Origin: Takakia lepidozioides
Lineage: Eukaryota; Plantae; Bryophyta
Direction of reading: 5' to 3'
DNA: 64,000 nt
Assembly (NCBI GenBank): GCA_030704615.1
Contig: CM060733.1
Span: 32,178,001-32,242,000 of the forward strand
Shown here piece by piece: positions 1 through 11,989 of the stretch. How positions within the stretch are numbered: position 1 is the stretch's first letter; every line of letters begins with the position of its first letter. Position numbers and translations under genes: made by a program. Below the pieces are notes generated by a model that worked only from the letters and a program-made list of their open reading frames with translations, searched no databases and was not told where the DNA came from.

Positions 1-44
1 AGCCCCCCTATTTAATGTCATAAAACTAGCCCCCCCCCTATGTG

Positions 45-2874
45 CAGTGTTGTGCAGTTTACTAGGCTCTCACATTGGTGTAATTATATTACAAATTTGC
101 ATTGTATGAATGTTTAAGTTTGAATTGGGTTGGATTGGGACCCGATTGGGATTAATTTGATTCAGGGAGTATATGTAGCCATTTGCAATGTATGGAGCCC
201 AATATCTTTGAAGAACTGGAGAGAGGTGTTGTTCATGACACCAATGTCAACAATGTGGGAGCTATGGAAGCTTGCCCTATGCTATGTGCATCGTCTTCTT
301 CATCAATTCCTCTCCCTTCAGCGGTCGGTGGGTCTTCCACAATATCACAGTATTCAAATAGCTCAATGTCCGAGGAAGAGCAGTTTTCCACCCTACGCAA
401 GTAATGTGAGTTTTGGAAACCTTACAATCGCATTGCTTCATCATGGGCATTTTATGCAGTTGCCAACGCGGGTCCAGTAGATGCAATACACCCGCAGTAT
501 ATGAGGTGTGTGTTTTGTTATTTTGCTCCTGTGTTTGAAAAGATGTCAGGATATATGACTTACAACAAAGACCATGGAAATTCTGTTCTTCACAAGCATG
601 TGAATAAGAAACATGGGGCTTTGGTTAAGTAAGTGGATTGAAATGGAAAAAGATGGGCCGGATGCTTGTAGACCTGCAAAGAAGAGGCTTGGCCCTACCC
701 CAGGGAACATATCTTCTTTCTTTGGCAGTCGAACTCCATACAAGAAAGATGATGAATAACAGAAAAGATTCAACGAGGATTTGGTCATGTTCATTGCAAA
801 AGAGTTGTTGCCATTGTCTTTGGTCGAATCTCCATGGCTACGAAGGGTAGTGGGGAGACAAAATGATCGTCTAGTTTCCCCTCTCGACGCACACTTGTGT
901 AACTTGTACTGTCAGTTTTGATTTGTGGATGTCAAGAGAATGAACAGATACTTTTGTCATCATAACGTACTTTCTTAATGAGCAATGAGAACCATGTCAT
1001 GTGACATTGGGAATGTTTGAGGCACCTGATATATCCGGGGCAGCCATGACACGACAAGTGAACGACCTTTTGACAAAATATGGTTTGAATTCGCGCATCA
1101 TAGCTTATGTCAAAGATGAAGGAGGTAATTTGGGTACTTTGACTGTAGCTTTGAATGCAGTCGTGTCTTGTGCCCCATTGGGACTGTCTGCACCATTTGT
1201 GGGAAGTTGCTTTGGACATGCAATATCCAAGTGTTGTCAGTATGCCACGACTGATGCAAAGGTGTGCATGAATATGAGGGTTCTGTCTATAAAGGATGCT
1301 CAATCAAAGTTGCAGAAGACCATCACTTGGACCAAGAAGAGTGGAAAGGGAAGGCAAGAATGGAATGTAGCATGTGTTGATAGTGACATTCATCCTCGCA
1401 AGCTGAAGACTCCAGTGAAAACCAGGTTTGCTTCCAAAGTGATCATCTTTAAAAAACTTTGGAATTTCAGCAAGCTATCATTAATTGTTATTCCAGGCAG
1501 GCTTCACTGTCTTTGCAATCTCGCATACCAAGCCCATAAGTGTGGGCAATTGCAAAGTCTATTTCCACGGTTCTCGGACCTGTGGTTCATGAGTGTGTTA
1601 TGAACCAGTCAGACAGATACTGACTATTGTCTGATGCTCTTGCTGCAGCAATTACAACTTATGTACGTGTGCGAGCAGACAATGTTCGAAGCTTGGGTAC
1701 AATGGATTATCGCATTGGGGATTTTGATGCAGAGTTGCAATTGTTAGAATGGCGGATGGCTCAGGAGGTGGCGCATGTATTGGGGACAATTCTCTCATTT
1801 TTGGAAGGAGTTCAACCATTGAAAAGCCCACAATATGTTGGCGCTGATGCTTGATCCGCATTTCAAGGGATTGTCCTTGGTGACACAATATGTGGGCAGA
1901 GAACAGGGACATATCATTGTTCAGCAATATGAACACCTTGGTGTTGGAGCCTCTTTTGGTCGAATGTTTCAAGATCCTTCACCCGGATACTACGACCCAG
2001 CCGGAGCCAGATTCCATTGTTTGGTTTGGAGGAGCCATGTGAGGATATGACATTGATGGTGGTGAGAGATCAGCTTCTGAATTTCCGAAGGCAAAAGATC
2101 ACTGACACTGAGTGTAGTGCTCATTTGAAATGGTGGAAAAAGCACGAATCTGTATTTCCATATGTGGGATATTTGGCACGTCTCTTGTTGGGCATTGTTG
2201 GGTCTCAGATTGAATGTGAGAGGGTTTTTAGCATTGCAGGTGTTATTACAAATTTGCGACGTTGCAAGTTAGGTGTTCAGAACCTTGATATGCTTGTGAG
2301 AATTGTCAAGAATTGGCCGAATGATGCTCGTGTTGGTTGCATGAGCTCTTCCATGAATGAGTTTTTAAACAGTGAGGAAGTCCTCTTAGATGACAACGAG
2401 GAGTTGATTGAGGCTGAGTTGTTTGAGATAAAATGATTTCTTTGTGTACTCTACACTACTCTACACACATTGATTTATACTCGCTTACTTTGTATTATTA
2501 TTCATTCATAAATTTGTTTATGAATGTTGTGTTGTTTCTTTTCAACATGGTCAAAATATTTGATATAAAAATATACCCTAAACCTGAATACCTGAATACG
2601 TGAATTTTTTATAAATCTGAAAATGATTTGTGAATCCCAATATATTGATTCACAAATCATTTTCAGATTTATAAAAAACGATAAAAAATTATATATATAT
2701 ATTCAAAAAATAGAGAACCAGAACCGGAAACTGGAACCGGTGGATCCTTCCCAAAAAATACCCGGAACCGGAACCGGATCATAAAAAAGAACCGGATCCG
2801 GAACCGCCTCTTTAAATCTACCAAGGAACCGGAACCGGCGGTTCCTTCAATATGGCAATAACCGCACAACACTG
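45..2874 (+). mobile_element. Degenerate hAT DNA transposon with transposase pseudogene (~500-2436)
   Basis: Frameshifted transposase fragments (…VKTRFAS…, …LMLDPHFK…) end in an hAT dimerisation motif LKWWKKHESVFPYVGYLARLLLGIVGSQIECERVFSIAG (2017-2436). Candidate TIRs are CAGTGTTGTGCAGTT (45-59) and AACCGCACAACACTG (2860-2874), 14/15 match. GAACCG subterminal repeats lie at 2715-2845. No 8-bp TSD is retained. Confidence 0.85.
2605..2678. repeat. 74-bp near-perfect palindrome
   Basis: TTTTTTATAAATCTGAAAATGATTTGTGAATC-CCAATATATT-GATTCACAAATCATTTTCAGATTTATAAAAAA; 32-bp perfect arms. Confidence 0.95.
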
Positions 2875-2915
2875 GTTGGTAGTTTCGCCGTGCGAAATTA
2901 TCCATGGGTGATGAT

Positions 2916-3098
2916 AACAACCAACATGTAGCCCAGCGGTAAGGGCATATACCCTCTTACAAGTGGTTGTGGGTTCAAACCACCCTGTTGGTTGTTACAA
3001 ACGTGTCCACGTTCCTACCGGAAGGCAGTAGCCCTTCTAGTCAAGTGACACCATAAGTTACGCTTGTTTCGGCAACGGTTTATTTATTTATTTATTTT
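2916..3098 (+). mobile_element. tRNA-derived SINE, full-length copy 1
   Basis: A-box TAGCCCAGCGG, B-box GGTTCAAACC, body …GACACCATAAGTTACGC… and (TTTA)n tail. TSD GGGTGATGAT (2906-2915) / GAGTGATGAT (3099-3108). Homologous copies at 21.6, 60.9, 61.1 and 61.4 kb. Confidence 0.85.
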
Positions 3099-3361
3099 GA
3101 GTGATGATCTTAAATTTAAGGTTAGGCCTCACCGCCCACTCTCATGCCTATTATGAAAAGGGCCCGGTATCGTGTGAGCACAACGTGAGAAAAATCCACG
3201 TATATAGGGTAACATGTTCATAAGGTATAGGGGCTACTTGTTCTTTATGTGTTAGTTTTGCAAAATTGTTAGTTTGGAAATTTGGGGAATATGCCCTTGT
3301 GCTCACCTGAATGCTCACACGCTTCCTAACCTCCCGTGGCGGGGTCTTAAAAAGATCGCTC

Positions 3362-4186
3362 CATGGTTGCCTCAGCCCGGTAGAATTGCTGCAAGCCCCA
3401 CCTTAAATATGTCTCCCGCACGGTACATTAAATTTGTGAGGTCAAAAGATATGATGTCATCGGTCAAGATTGTGATCGGGGTTGGGGGTTATCAGGTTTT
3501 CGTGAGCTCCTCCCTCCCGTGCAGGTTCTTTGCCGATTGCCCCTTCTTTAGAACCTCCGGAGGTGGTTAAATAGACAAAAGAAAAAATTAAATAATCTGC
3601 CGGAGGCGGCTCTTTGATGTTTTCAAAAAACCCGGTTAAGTTCAATTCCGGTTATAAAAGACCTTTGCACAGGCGCTTTTTTGAACCGGTTCTGGAAGTT
3701 CAATATGCTTCATAACCGGTAGATAACCGGCGGTCCTTAAAACGGTTATATTGCAGTCATGCAAATGAACTTTTTATAAAATAAAAATTTACATATATTG
3801 AAATGATGAAAATATTAAAAAAAAACTTAAATAAATGCCAAGCAGGGATTGACCAGCCCTTGAAACTGGATCATCCAGATGATCAATAATGGACATCTTA
3901 GTTACCAGATTGGTGTCACATTAATCTTAGCAAGGGTATATGCTGACACTATTTATTGATAACCGGGTCCTTTTTTAAGGCCATGGCCGGATAGCAATAA
4001 ATAAAAAACCAAATTTGCTCGCCGGTTCTTGAAGCCCGCCGGTTATCTCAACCCCTAGCCTCGCCCGGATCTGTGTATATCCGGTTTTTTGATTTTTGCA
4101 CCTCCTCCGAATATATATATATATATAACCGGTCTAATAACAGGCGTTTATAACCGGTCAAAGTTCATAAGCGCCCACCAACCATG
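3362..4186. mobile_element. Probable non-autonomous hAT-like element with ATAACCGG subterminal repeats
   Basis: About 8 ATAACCGG/CCGGTTAT motifs in both orientations (3648-4157). Ends CATGGTTG…CAACCATG give only an 8-bp TIR; no TSD found. Confidence 0.45.
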
Positions 4187-4558
4187 TGGTGCGCCAACCA
4201 AACCGTCATGTAACCAAGGTATATAACGTTTGACTGGCCGCTCACCGTGGAGATGCTCTATAAGGGTGCCATAGAGGCACTGCGTCGTAGCCGTGATTTA
4301 AGTTCTTACATTTACCCCTGTGTTAGGGATAAACAAAAAGCAAAAAACAAGAAAAATCAGGTTTCCCTCAACTTCCAGCTTGATTAACACTATCTTTAAG
4401 GAAAAAACAAAAAAAAAACAAACAATTAACACTTTCTCTTAAAAAATAAAACAAAGAAACTAATCGGCAGAGTTGTTCTCGGTAGAGAGAGAAGGATTGA
4501 AGCGAGAAGGGGGAAGAGATCGCGTGGGAAGGAGGGAGATTTGGCGGCAGCCCTAGCC

Positions 4559-7500
4559 ATGTTTGTCTTGACGCTGCTGCAGGACACACTGCGAATCCAT
4601 CCACAAAATTTGAGCATTCCATTACAAGCAGCCATCACCCAGGAAATTACCTCTCTCTTCTTTGATAAGGTACCTCTCGTTTGCCCTTTGTTCTGGGTTG
4701 TCTTTTGGCCTTGCAATTGAAGAACATTCTGCTCTTGAGTTATCTTGTAATGTCTAATGGCTCTCCCTTTCCCCAGGGCTTTTCCTTGACACGTAATGTT
4801 TGTACTCTTGCTTTGAGGATTGGAAAAGATCTGCCGATAGATAGTAGTACTTTATCAGGATTATCAACTGAGGAGCTCCTGACAACAAAGAGGTGGTTGC
4901 TGGGTTCATTTACTCTAGGGCGAGATTTGTGCCTTGTTGAACTTCTGATATCGTGTGCGCATTTTTAAAGTGTAGTGGATTGCATTTGTGAATTGCGATT
5001 GGCTCGGCGTATTCTAGAGAAAGAAAAGGGACAGTGGCGTCATTCTGATCAGGAATCATGGCTTGTATGATTACATGCTTTATGTAGAGGCCTCTCCCCG
5101 TGTGTGTGTGTGTGTGTGTGTTTGTCTCTCTCTGTCTCAATGCCACCGAATGGCTTAGCTACATAGAAATTCTGTATGAGCTGGTCAATGACTGTCACCC
5201 CTAAGCTGAGTTCTCTGGAGGACAAGCATCTCAGGTTTACTTTTCTTTGGGGAGAGTTCATCTTGAGCCCTGGTTGGGACAGGTTCTGAAGGACCTGGGA
5301 TTGTGTGTGACACTGTATGACATCAAATCCGTGGAGGGTGGATTTGTCTTCCCCGGCGATGGTGCTCCTCGCTTCACAGTAAGCCCCTTTTCAGTTGTTG
5401 CCTTATGGATAGGGGAACGAGGCAAATTCCTTGACCAATATCAATTCACTACGGAGGAACTTGAAGCCTCATCCATTGCAATGAAATTTGTTATTGTATA
5501 AATCCTTGCTAAACCCTTCCCTATGGCTTGTTTTCATCAGTTAATATGGTACGACTAAAAGTAGAAAAGGATAAACAATGTATAGCTATGCTCACGGCTG
5601 GCAGAGGGAGATATGAGACTGAAGAAAATGGCGCGGAGGGAGTGCAGGTGGACTTCAGACTGCTCATGTTCCGGCCATTTGTTGGGGAGGTGATGATTGC
5701 CAAGCTGAAGCGATGTGACAAATCTGGCCTCTATCGTATGATACTCATTGCTTTCATTTGTCTCTCTGGCCTTATTGTGTTGCAGTTTTCTTCCTTTTAT
5801 TCCCTGTAAATTAAGTCTAACAAGCAAGCGGTTTATTGGGTGGGGCAGTGTCATTGGGCAACTTCTTCAGTGATATCCATATCCCGGAGCATCTACTTCA
5901 CCAGCCTTCTGCATTGTAATCTTTTGTGCCTCCTCCATGTATGTGTGCTTCAAGCAAGTTGTTAGGTGTAGTAAGTGGGAATACAAACAGAGTAGACTGG
6001 TAATCCAGCACGAGCAGAAAAGGTGTGAAGATGGGGATGGATTGAGAGAGACCAGAATAGGGACCACTACCCCTGTTGAAGGCTTGTTGGTGTGGTTGGT
6101 ACCATCTTTGTAACTTTGTAACTTTGTAACGTTGATTGTGGCATTCTATAATTCCTCTAGAAAACTTCTTGCCTGAGCATTGATCTGAATCATTATCTAA
6201 ACCCTCAACAGGATCTTGCTCCAGACTTGCCCCAGTGAGGGTGCCAGCTGAAACTGGGGGAAACGATGTGGAGTAGCGTTCTTGTTAGAGTCAGCGAAAC
6301 CTCATTACTACATAAGTTGGAGCTCACTATTAAGCACCAAATGTGAGAATACTGTAAAGGCTACTGATTTCTGTAGTTGATTGTGAAATAGTGAGTATGC
6401 TTCCCCCCCTTATCAACATCACTTACTGGAGTGTGGGGGATATCGGTGTGTGCAGTGACGAGGAGGAAAAGCTGTGGGCTTGGAACTACAATGACACTGA
6501 CATGTTTATGGACCTTGATGAAGACGTGGGTCTTTTTATCTGCACTTTGTCGTAAGATGTTGGAGGTTTTAGTTCAGCCTGAGGCAGGCGGCATGCTTCT
6601 ATGCATCACGTCTTTGCATTTGTTCACTCAATTCCATCTCAAATTAGGGGTTTTGATTTTGTACTTCCCTTAGTGGGTGCATACTGCATGACTGTGGTCT
6701 AGGAGACTCAGTATCTTGCAGGATGCAAGAGCACTCCAGCAGGAGCACAAAAGAGCGAGAGGGGGAGAAGATTGAGAGAGCAGAATGAGGACCACTGCAG
6801 TCCTAGAAGGATCCCTGCAGTAGGCGGATACACCTAATTTTAGTAAGCTGGGCACAGCACACAGAAAGAAAGGAACAGTTCCTTTCTTTCTAATGTCCAT
6901 TGAGGGCCATGAGTTCCCATCATACAGGTAGAACAAACCAAGAATTACACACAAATTAGAGAGAATGTACTCATGAGATGTTTGCTGTAGCCTTGTGGCC
7001 ATAGACCCCACGCCCAGTTTGGGTGAAACAAAAAGGAACGCATACTCCCTTTGTGAGGGGCTCACTCCGGTAATGTGACCTACCTTGACTTACCGTGCCC
7101 AGAGAGAGAGAGATGTACTCATGAGCCTTCGTTTGCCGTAGCCTTGTTGTGACCATAGACCCCACGCCCAGTTTGGGCGGAACAAAAGGGACCAGAAACT
7201 ACCTTTGTGAGGGGCTCACTCCGGTAGTATGACTTACCTTGATACAAACAATTGGTTTGGGCATTCCAGATGCCCTCAAGGAAACTCTTCACACAAGCAT
7301 CAATCTGCTGTGTGTGAGCAACCCAAAAGTTAGCAACTCAACAGGGCCAGGGCTTTAGGCTTAGCCTCAAGGTTTTGAAAGCAGGTGAACAGAGGTGCTG
7401 AGACAATGTTCTTGATTATCCTGAAGAGGATCACTCTCTGGTGAGAATATCCCGGACAATGTATCAGAAAACGGATATTGTCTTCAGGTTGCCCGCGCAT

Positions 7501-8989
7501 CGGGCAATTACAATCTCCTCTTCCACTCTGCATCTGTTTATTGTTCAAAGGTAGGCTTTCCTCCCTGACTAATTTCAGTCTAATGCCAAGGGTAGGTAGG
7601 CCCTTAAGATCATCCTTAAGGTCCTTGCCCATGTCACAGACTGGACTCAAGTTCAGGGAAGTTTTATGCCTAACTTCGTTTTCATCGGACAGTCTTTGTG
7701 CATCAAAAATGGCTTTGGACACAAACCCCTCCAGGTCTCAGAGAGAGAGATTGTACTCATAAGACGTTGTTTGCCGTAGCCTTGTGGCCATTGACCCCGC
7801 TCCCAGTTTGAGCGGGAACAAAAGGGACAGAACCTACCTCTGTCAGGGGCTGACGTTGGTAGTAAGACTTACCTTCATATATAGAATTAATCCGGGTTTT
7901 CCAGATATCCTCTAGAAATCCCTTCACACAAGCATCAATCTGCTGTGTGTGATTTGCCCAAAAACTAGGCCTCAGGAGGGCCTGGGCTTTCGGCTCAGCC
8001 TCGAGACTTTCAAAGTTGGTAAACAGGGGTACAGGCACAATTCCCTTGATAGATTTGAAGAGAGCGTCTCTTTGGTGAGAGAACCCTGGGCAGTGTATCA
8101 GAAAATGAATACTGTCTTCAGATTGCCCACACAACGGGCAACGCCCTCAACCCAAATCCCTCACTTTCCACATCCTCGAGGAGTTGATTGATAAAAACAT
8201 TGAAGAGCAGAGGGGAGAGAGTACATCCTTGAGCTACACCTTGGTCTATGTCAAAGAAGTTGGACTTCTGTCCGTTAACAGTGACACAGCTTTTGGTGTG
8301 AGCATACAAGTTGTGGACAACTCTCCACATCTTTCCCTTGATCCCACAAGACCAGAGGCGGAACCATAGGCCATCTCTCCACACTGTGTCATAAGCCTTT
8401 TTGACATCCAGGAAAAAAACATAAGTGGGTTTCCCTTCTTTTTCCTTCCCTGGATAATCTGGCTTAGAGTGAAGATATGATCCACACAGCCCCTGTTTCG
8501 CCGAAAGCCAGCTTGGCCTTCGTGGAAACAACCTCTAGACTCCAGATCAACCTCGAGACGAGTACTTATAACTCTGCAGAATGTCTTGCCAACAGCATTG
8601 AGGAGCGTGATGCCATGGTAGTTCCCTGGTTCCTCTCTGTCACCCTTCTTGTATAGATTGACAATGACCCCCTGTCGCCAGCGAAAGGGGATCATTTCAG
8701 TCTTCCAGATAAGGTTAAAGAGGAGAACTAGGGCCTCTATCATGGGATCGCCACCGTGCTTGATAAGCTCGTTGACAATACCATCAGGTCCACCAGCTTT
8801 ATATCCATTTAAATGTTCAATTGCTTCCACAATCTCAGAAGAACTAATGGAGCGTTATAAGCCATTGAAATATCCTCCAGTTCATCAGGGCTGTTTTGAA
8901 TCATAGGAACAGTTTTTCCAACTGTGTCCCTCCATTCAGCAGAAGACCCCTCACTGTTAGACCTAGAAGTTCTGCCAAGGATACTGTAG

Positions 8990-9039
<50 letters not shown>

Positions 9040-9710
9040 TCTCAGCAAAATATGTGAATTGGGGGTACAGGTGCGATTCCGGGTGACACAAGTGAAGTAC
9101 CCACAAATCCCTCTCGAGCAAGACAAGAATGCGAGGCCGTTTGCTCCTATGGAAGTTATTGTATGTTCTCTCTCCATCTCTCTCTATTTCCCTGCCCTTT
9201 CCTTTTAACAGTGACTCACCTTGTCACATTTATATTCCACTGGGAGGGGCAGGAGTCTCTTCATTGATATTCCCGCTAGACTTCCCAATAGATCAAATTA
9301 GCCACATTCTGAACCATTGAAATCTCTACCAACTTATCACAATTCACTTTAACTGTATTGTTATCAGCTGCTCAGCAAGTGTTGTTCTAGGCTGTCTATG
9401 GCTATACCCCACAACTGACTTAGGTGGGTTGGTGACGATGGCCTCCTCATAGCCATTGTTAATAGGCGACATTGAATGGTCAATGTCTGGTCAGTGTATT
9501 TGTCTAAAGGGGCAGGTCCCTAAATTACTCTCATTCATTTTGGGTTCCCTGCCCCTCTGGCTGCCCCCGTCCTTGCAGATTGGCACAAGGAATGCACCTG
9601 GGGTTATGCAGTTGGCAGAGTAATTTGGCTTTGGCTGAAACATGTGTTCTGTGGGATTGCAGGGGGATATCAATGCTGATGGCCTTGGGCTGGTCTCGTG
9701 GTGGTCATAG
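4559..9710 (+). CDS. RPC8: DNA-directed RNA polymerase III subunit RPC8/RPC25 (Rpb7-like; Arabidopsis NRPC7), 7 exons, 189 aa
   Basis: Exons 4559-4669, 5283-5378, 5648-5735, 5849-5915, 6456-6525, 9071-9160, 9663-9710, all GT-AG and in frame (570 nt). Protein MFVLTLLQDTLRIHP…VLKDLGLCVTLYDI…GDGAPRFTVDFRLLMFRPFVGEV…FFSDIHIP…VRFRV…GDINADGLGLVSWWS*. Confidence 0.95.
6965..7100 (-). mobile_element. LINE family 1, short 3'-end fragment (copy C) in RPC8 intron 5
   Basis: 3' terminus GGGGTCTATGGCCACAAGGCTACAGCAAACATCTCATGAGTACA is homologous to the other copies; flanked by GA repeats. Confidence 0.85.
7114..7740 (-). mobile_element. LINE family 1, 5'-truncated diverged copy B in RPC8 intron 5
   Basis: C-terminal ORF2 region LPTLGIRLKL…CNCPM…FLIHCPGYSHQR and the same 3' terminus …GAGTACA; bounded by (GA)5-6 on both sides. 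Confidence 0.9.
7751..8991 (-). mobile_element. LINE family 1 (RTE/RTEX-like), 5'-truncated and internally deleted copy A
   Basis: RT motifs KAGGPDGI, GITLLNAVGKTF, QAGFR, FLDVKKAYDTV and GVAQGCTLSPLLFNVFIN. A deletion at ~8141 joins the RT to the C-terminal C-x2-C…H…C region. Confidence 0.92.
8994..9035. repeat. (GA)21 microsatellite at the LINE 5' junction
   Basis: Read directly from the sequence. Confidence 0.98.
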
Positions 9711-10407
9711 TCAGAAGGAAAGCCTGCAAAGAGCTGGAACGAGTTTACGCCGTAGTTTCCGTCATGTCTAGTTGGTACTCTGAGACTGGGGTTTCTCAAG
9801 CTCTTATAGTTTGACTCAGGTTATTGGGTGGTAATCTCCCATTGTGTTGCCTCCAGGACGCTCACAGAAGTGTAGCATAATGTAATCGCAGGATTGCCAA
9901 CTTTTGAGAATGTATTTAGCGGACACAATTGTACGATGTAGAGCAAAGGTTTAGAAGCTATTTCACATACAAGAGGTAATTTAATCATGCTTTTGGACAA
10001 ATTGATCACCTCCATTTATGCTCTTGTTGACTACAACATTTTTTGCGAAGCTGTCTCATTTCTGGCATGAGTGACTGGCAGCACAATCTGGCACATCAAG
10101 CACAGGAACACAAATTAATGCTCCAAGCAAAACCAATGCCAGCACTTGAGAGGGAGTCAAAGTCTGAAGCTGTCATTGGCTGTGCACATCCATTCTTGCG
10201 ATCTGAGGTAATCCATTCTTACAGTATCATGTTGGTCCTCTCTTGCTGAGGGAAGGTGTAGTATATTTGCAGAGTCAATTGGATACTACTTTATCTGAAT
10301 TGGATGCGAATATCACATGCAAATTTCAATGCAGATGACCCTAGTTTAACATTACAAAACCACCAGAACATCCTATCTTAAAACCCAACACCACATTGGA
10401 GTATTAA

Positions 10408-11443
10408 CCCTTAAGGACGACAACCGTTTTGGTGGGCCAGCCCAAAAATGGTACATAGTGGTATGGATGAAGCCATAACTTCCTACCCTGAATCATCCAG
10501 GCAAACTAACCTTACAAAAATTCCCTTCCCTTCTACATCCATATGCTCAAGAATTTTCACAAACTTCCACCGTTGCAATTGGCAGATTATAATAAAACAA
10601 CATTGTAGTTTTTCCACCTGGACTCCAAATTTATCAAAAAAAAAACCTTTGACCAAGCTGGAACTCTAGGTTGTAGATTTTTCTTGTGTGAATGCTTTGC
10701 ATATTCAGATTCCTGGGCACCCACATGGCTTACTGGTCATATCTCAGCCCCATCTGCCCAAAATTTATATGGGGTCCTTTGTATGTGAAGTTTGGGGGGT
10801 GGAATTGCCTTCCAACTACTTACATGCAGGAACATTTCTGGCCCATTCGGTCCTGAATTTTGTCCTAATGACAAATCTACAATATTGCCTACAGAGTGAG
10901 CCAAATGTTTTTGGATTCTGATAATTTTTCCACCTGAGATGATCTCCAGGGTTGTTTTTCTGTTGCATCCCAACTCCGGCTATTGTAGCCGGAGCAGGTA
11001 ACACATCCCGGCATGGTCTTTGTGGGGCCACGTCACAAAAACCAACGAATTCATCAGGCCCCCACGAAGTTACCCGTAGCCCACCCAACTACGCCACGCC
11101 ACGCTGCATGCAGGCCCGGGTGGCATCGCATTATGCCCCGCCGGACGCCCGCGCCCCGCACACGCCTGACGCCGGCAATGCCAGGCCCAGGGGGCGCTTC
11201 GAGCCTGCCACGTCAGCAGGCTCAACGCTTCTGGGCCAAGCGTTCCCCCCCCCTCCCCCCTCACTTGGAAATTTGTACACGGCGGAATGCTTATTGGTTT
11301 TGCCCGCTCTAAATTGGAGCGGGCAGAGAATTCAATGCGCCAGCTTTTTCGTTCAGGAATTACTTCCATCGGATGTCATCCGAGGAAGTTACGCCCTGGA
11401 TGAAAAACGATGCGACCTGAACCAGGGTTAACTCGTTTAAGGG
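10408..11443. mobile_element. piggyBac-like non-autonomous element (TTAA TSD)
   Basis: TTAA|CCCTTAAGGACGAC … CTCGTTTAAGGG|TTAA. The TIR is CCCTTAA(GG)ACGA, and the interior is non-coding. Confidence 0.6.
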
Positions 11444-11989
11444 TTAAGTTGGACCTCGATTTTGAACCCATGTTAATAGGTAATAAATAAGCCTGTATAA
11501 TATATACTACCTGTTTATTAACCTGGAGTGTTGGTACCTGTAGTTGAACACAGGTTTTGCAAAGCCAAGTAACCACTCTAGTTTGGCAGTGATGAATGTG
11601 CAGACCTGTCTGAATGGGTTTGTCAATGAAATCACCACTAAGCTTAACTCAGCAAAGGACCAACCAATGTGCCTGCGATTGAGTATCTGCCCCTCTTCTC
11701 CTAAGTCCAGTTCTGATAAAAATTTGGCTTCATGACAGCCATCATCAAAAATGAAGCTGAAACTCGTGGAGGGAAGCTGCTCTTCGGCGTGCTCTATCTA
11801 CAACTGTACAAAGATGACTCCATAGCTGATGAGATCAGTTTGAATTCTCACGATAGGGGTCGGGTCACGTTCTCGTCACGATTTTTTGACAGGATGTCAC
11901 TAACTAAAGAGGAGGGTAGCTTGCAAGCCTTCCTCATGTGAGATTGTGATTTTATACAGGTAGAGAAGGTCAGGGTTCGCAGAAGAAAG

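Noticed and set aside
2927-2997. Functional tRNA-Val(TAC), or tRNA-Pro(CGG) at 61.1 kb
   Set aside because: Non-canonical arm spacing, and both are embedded in a repeated body with tail and TSD, so they are SINE heads.
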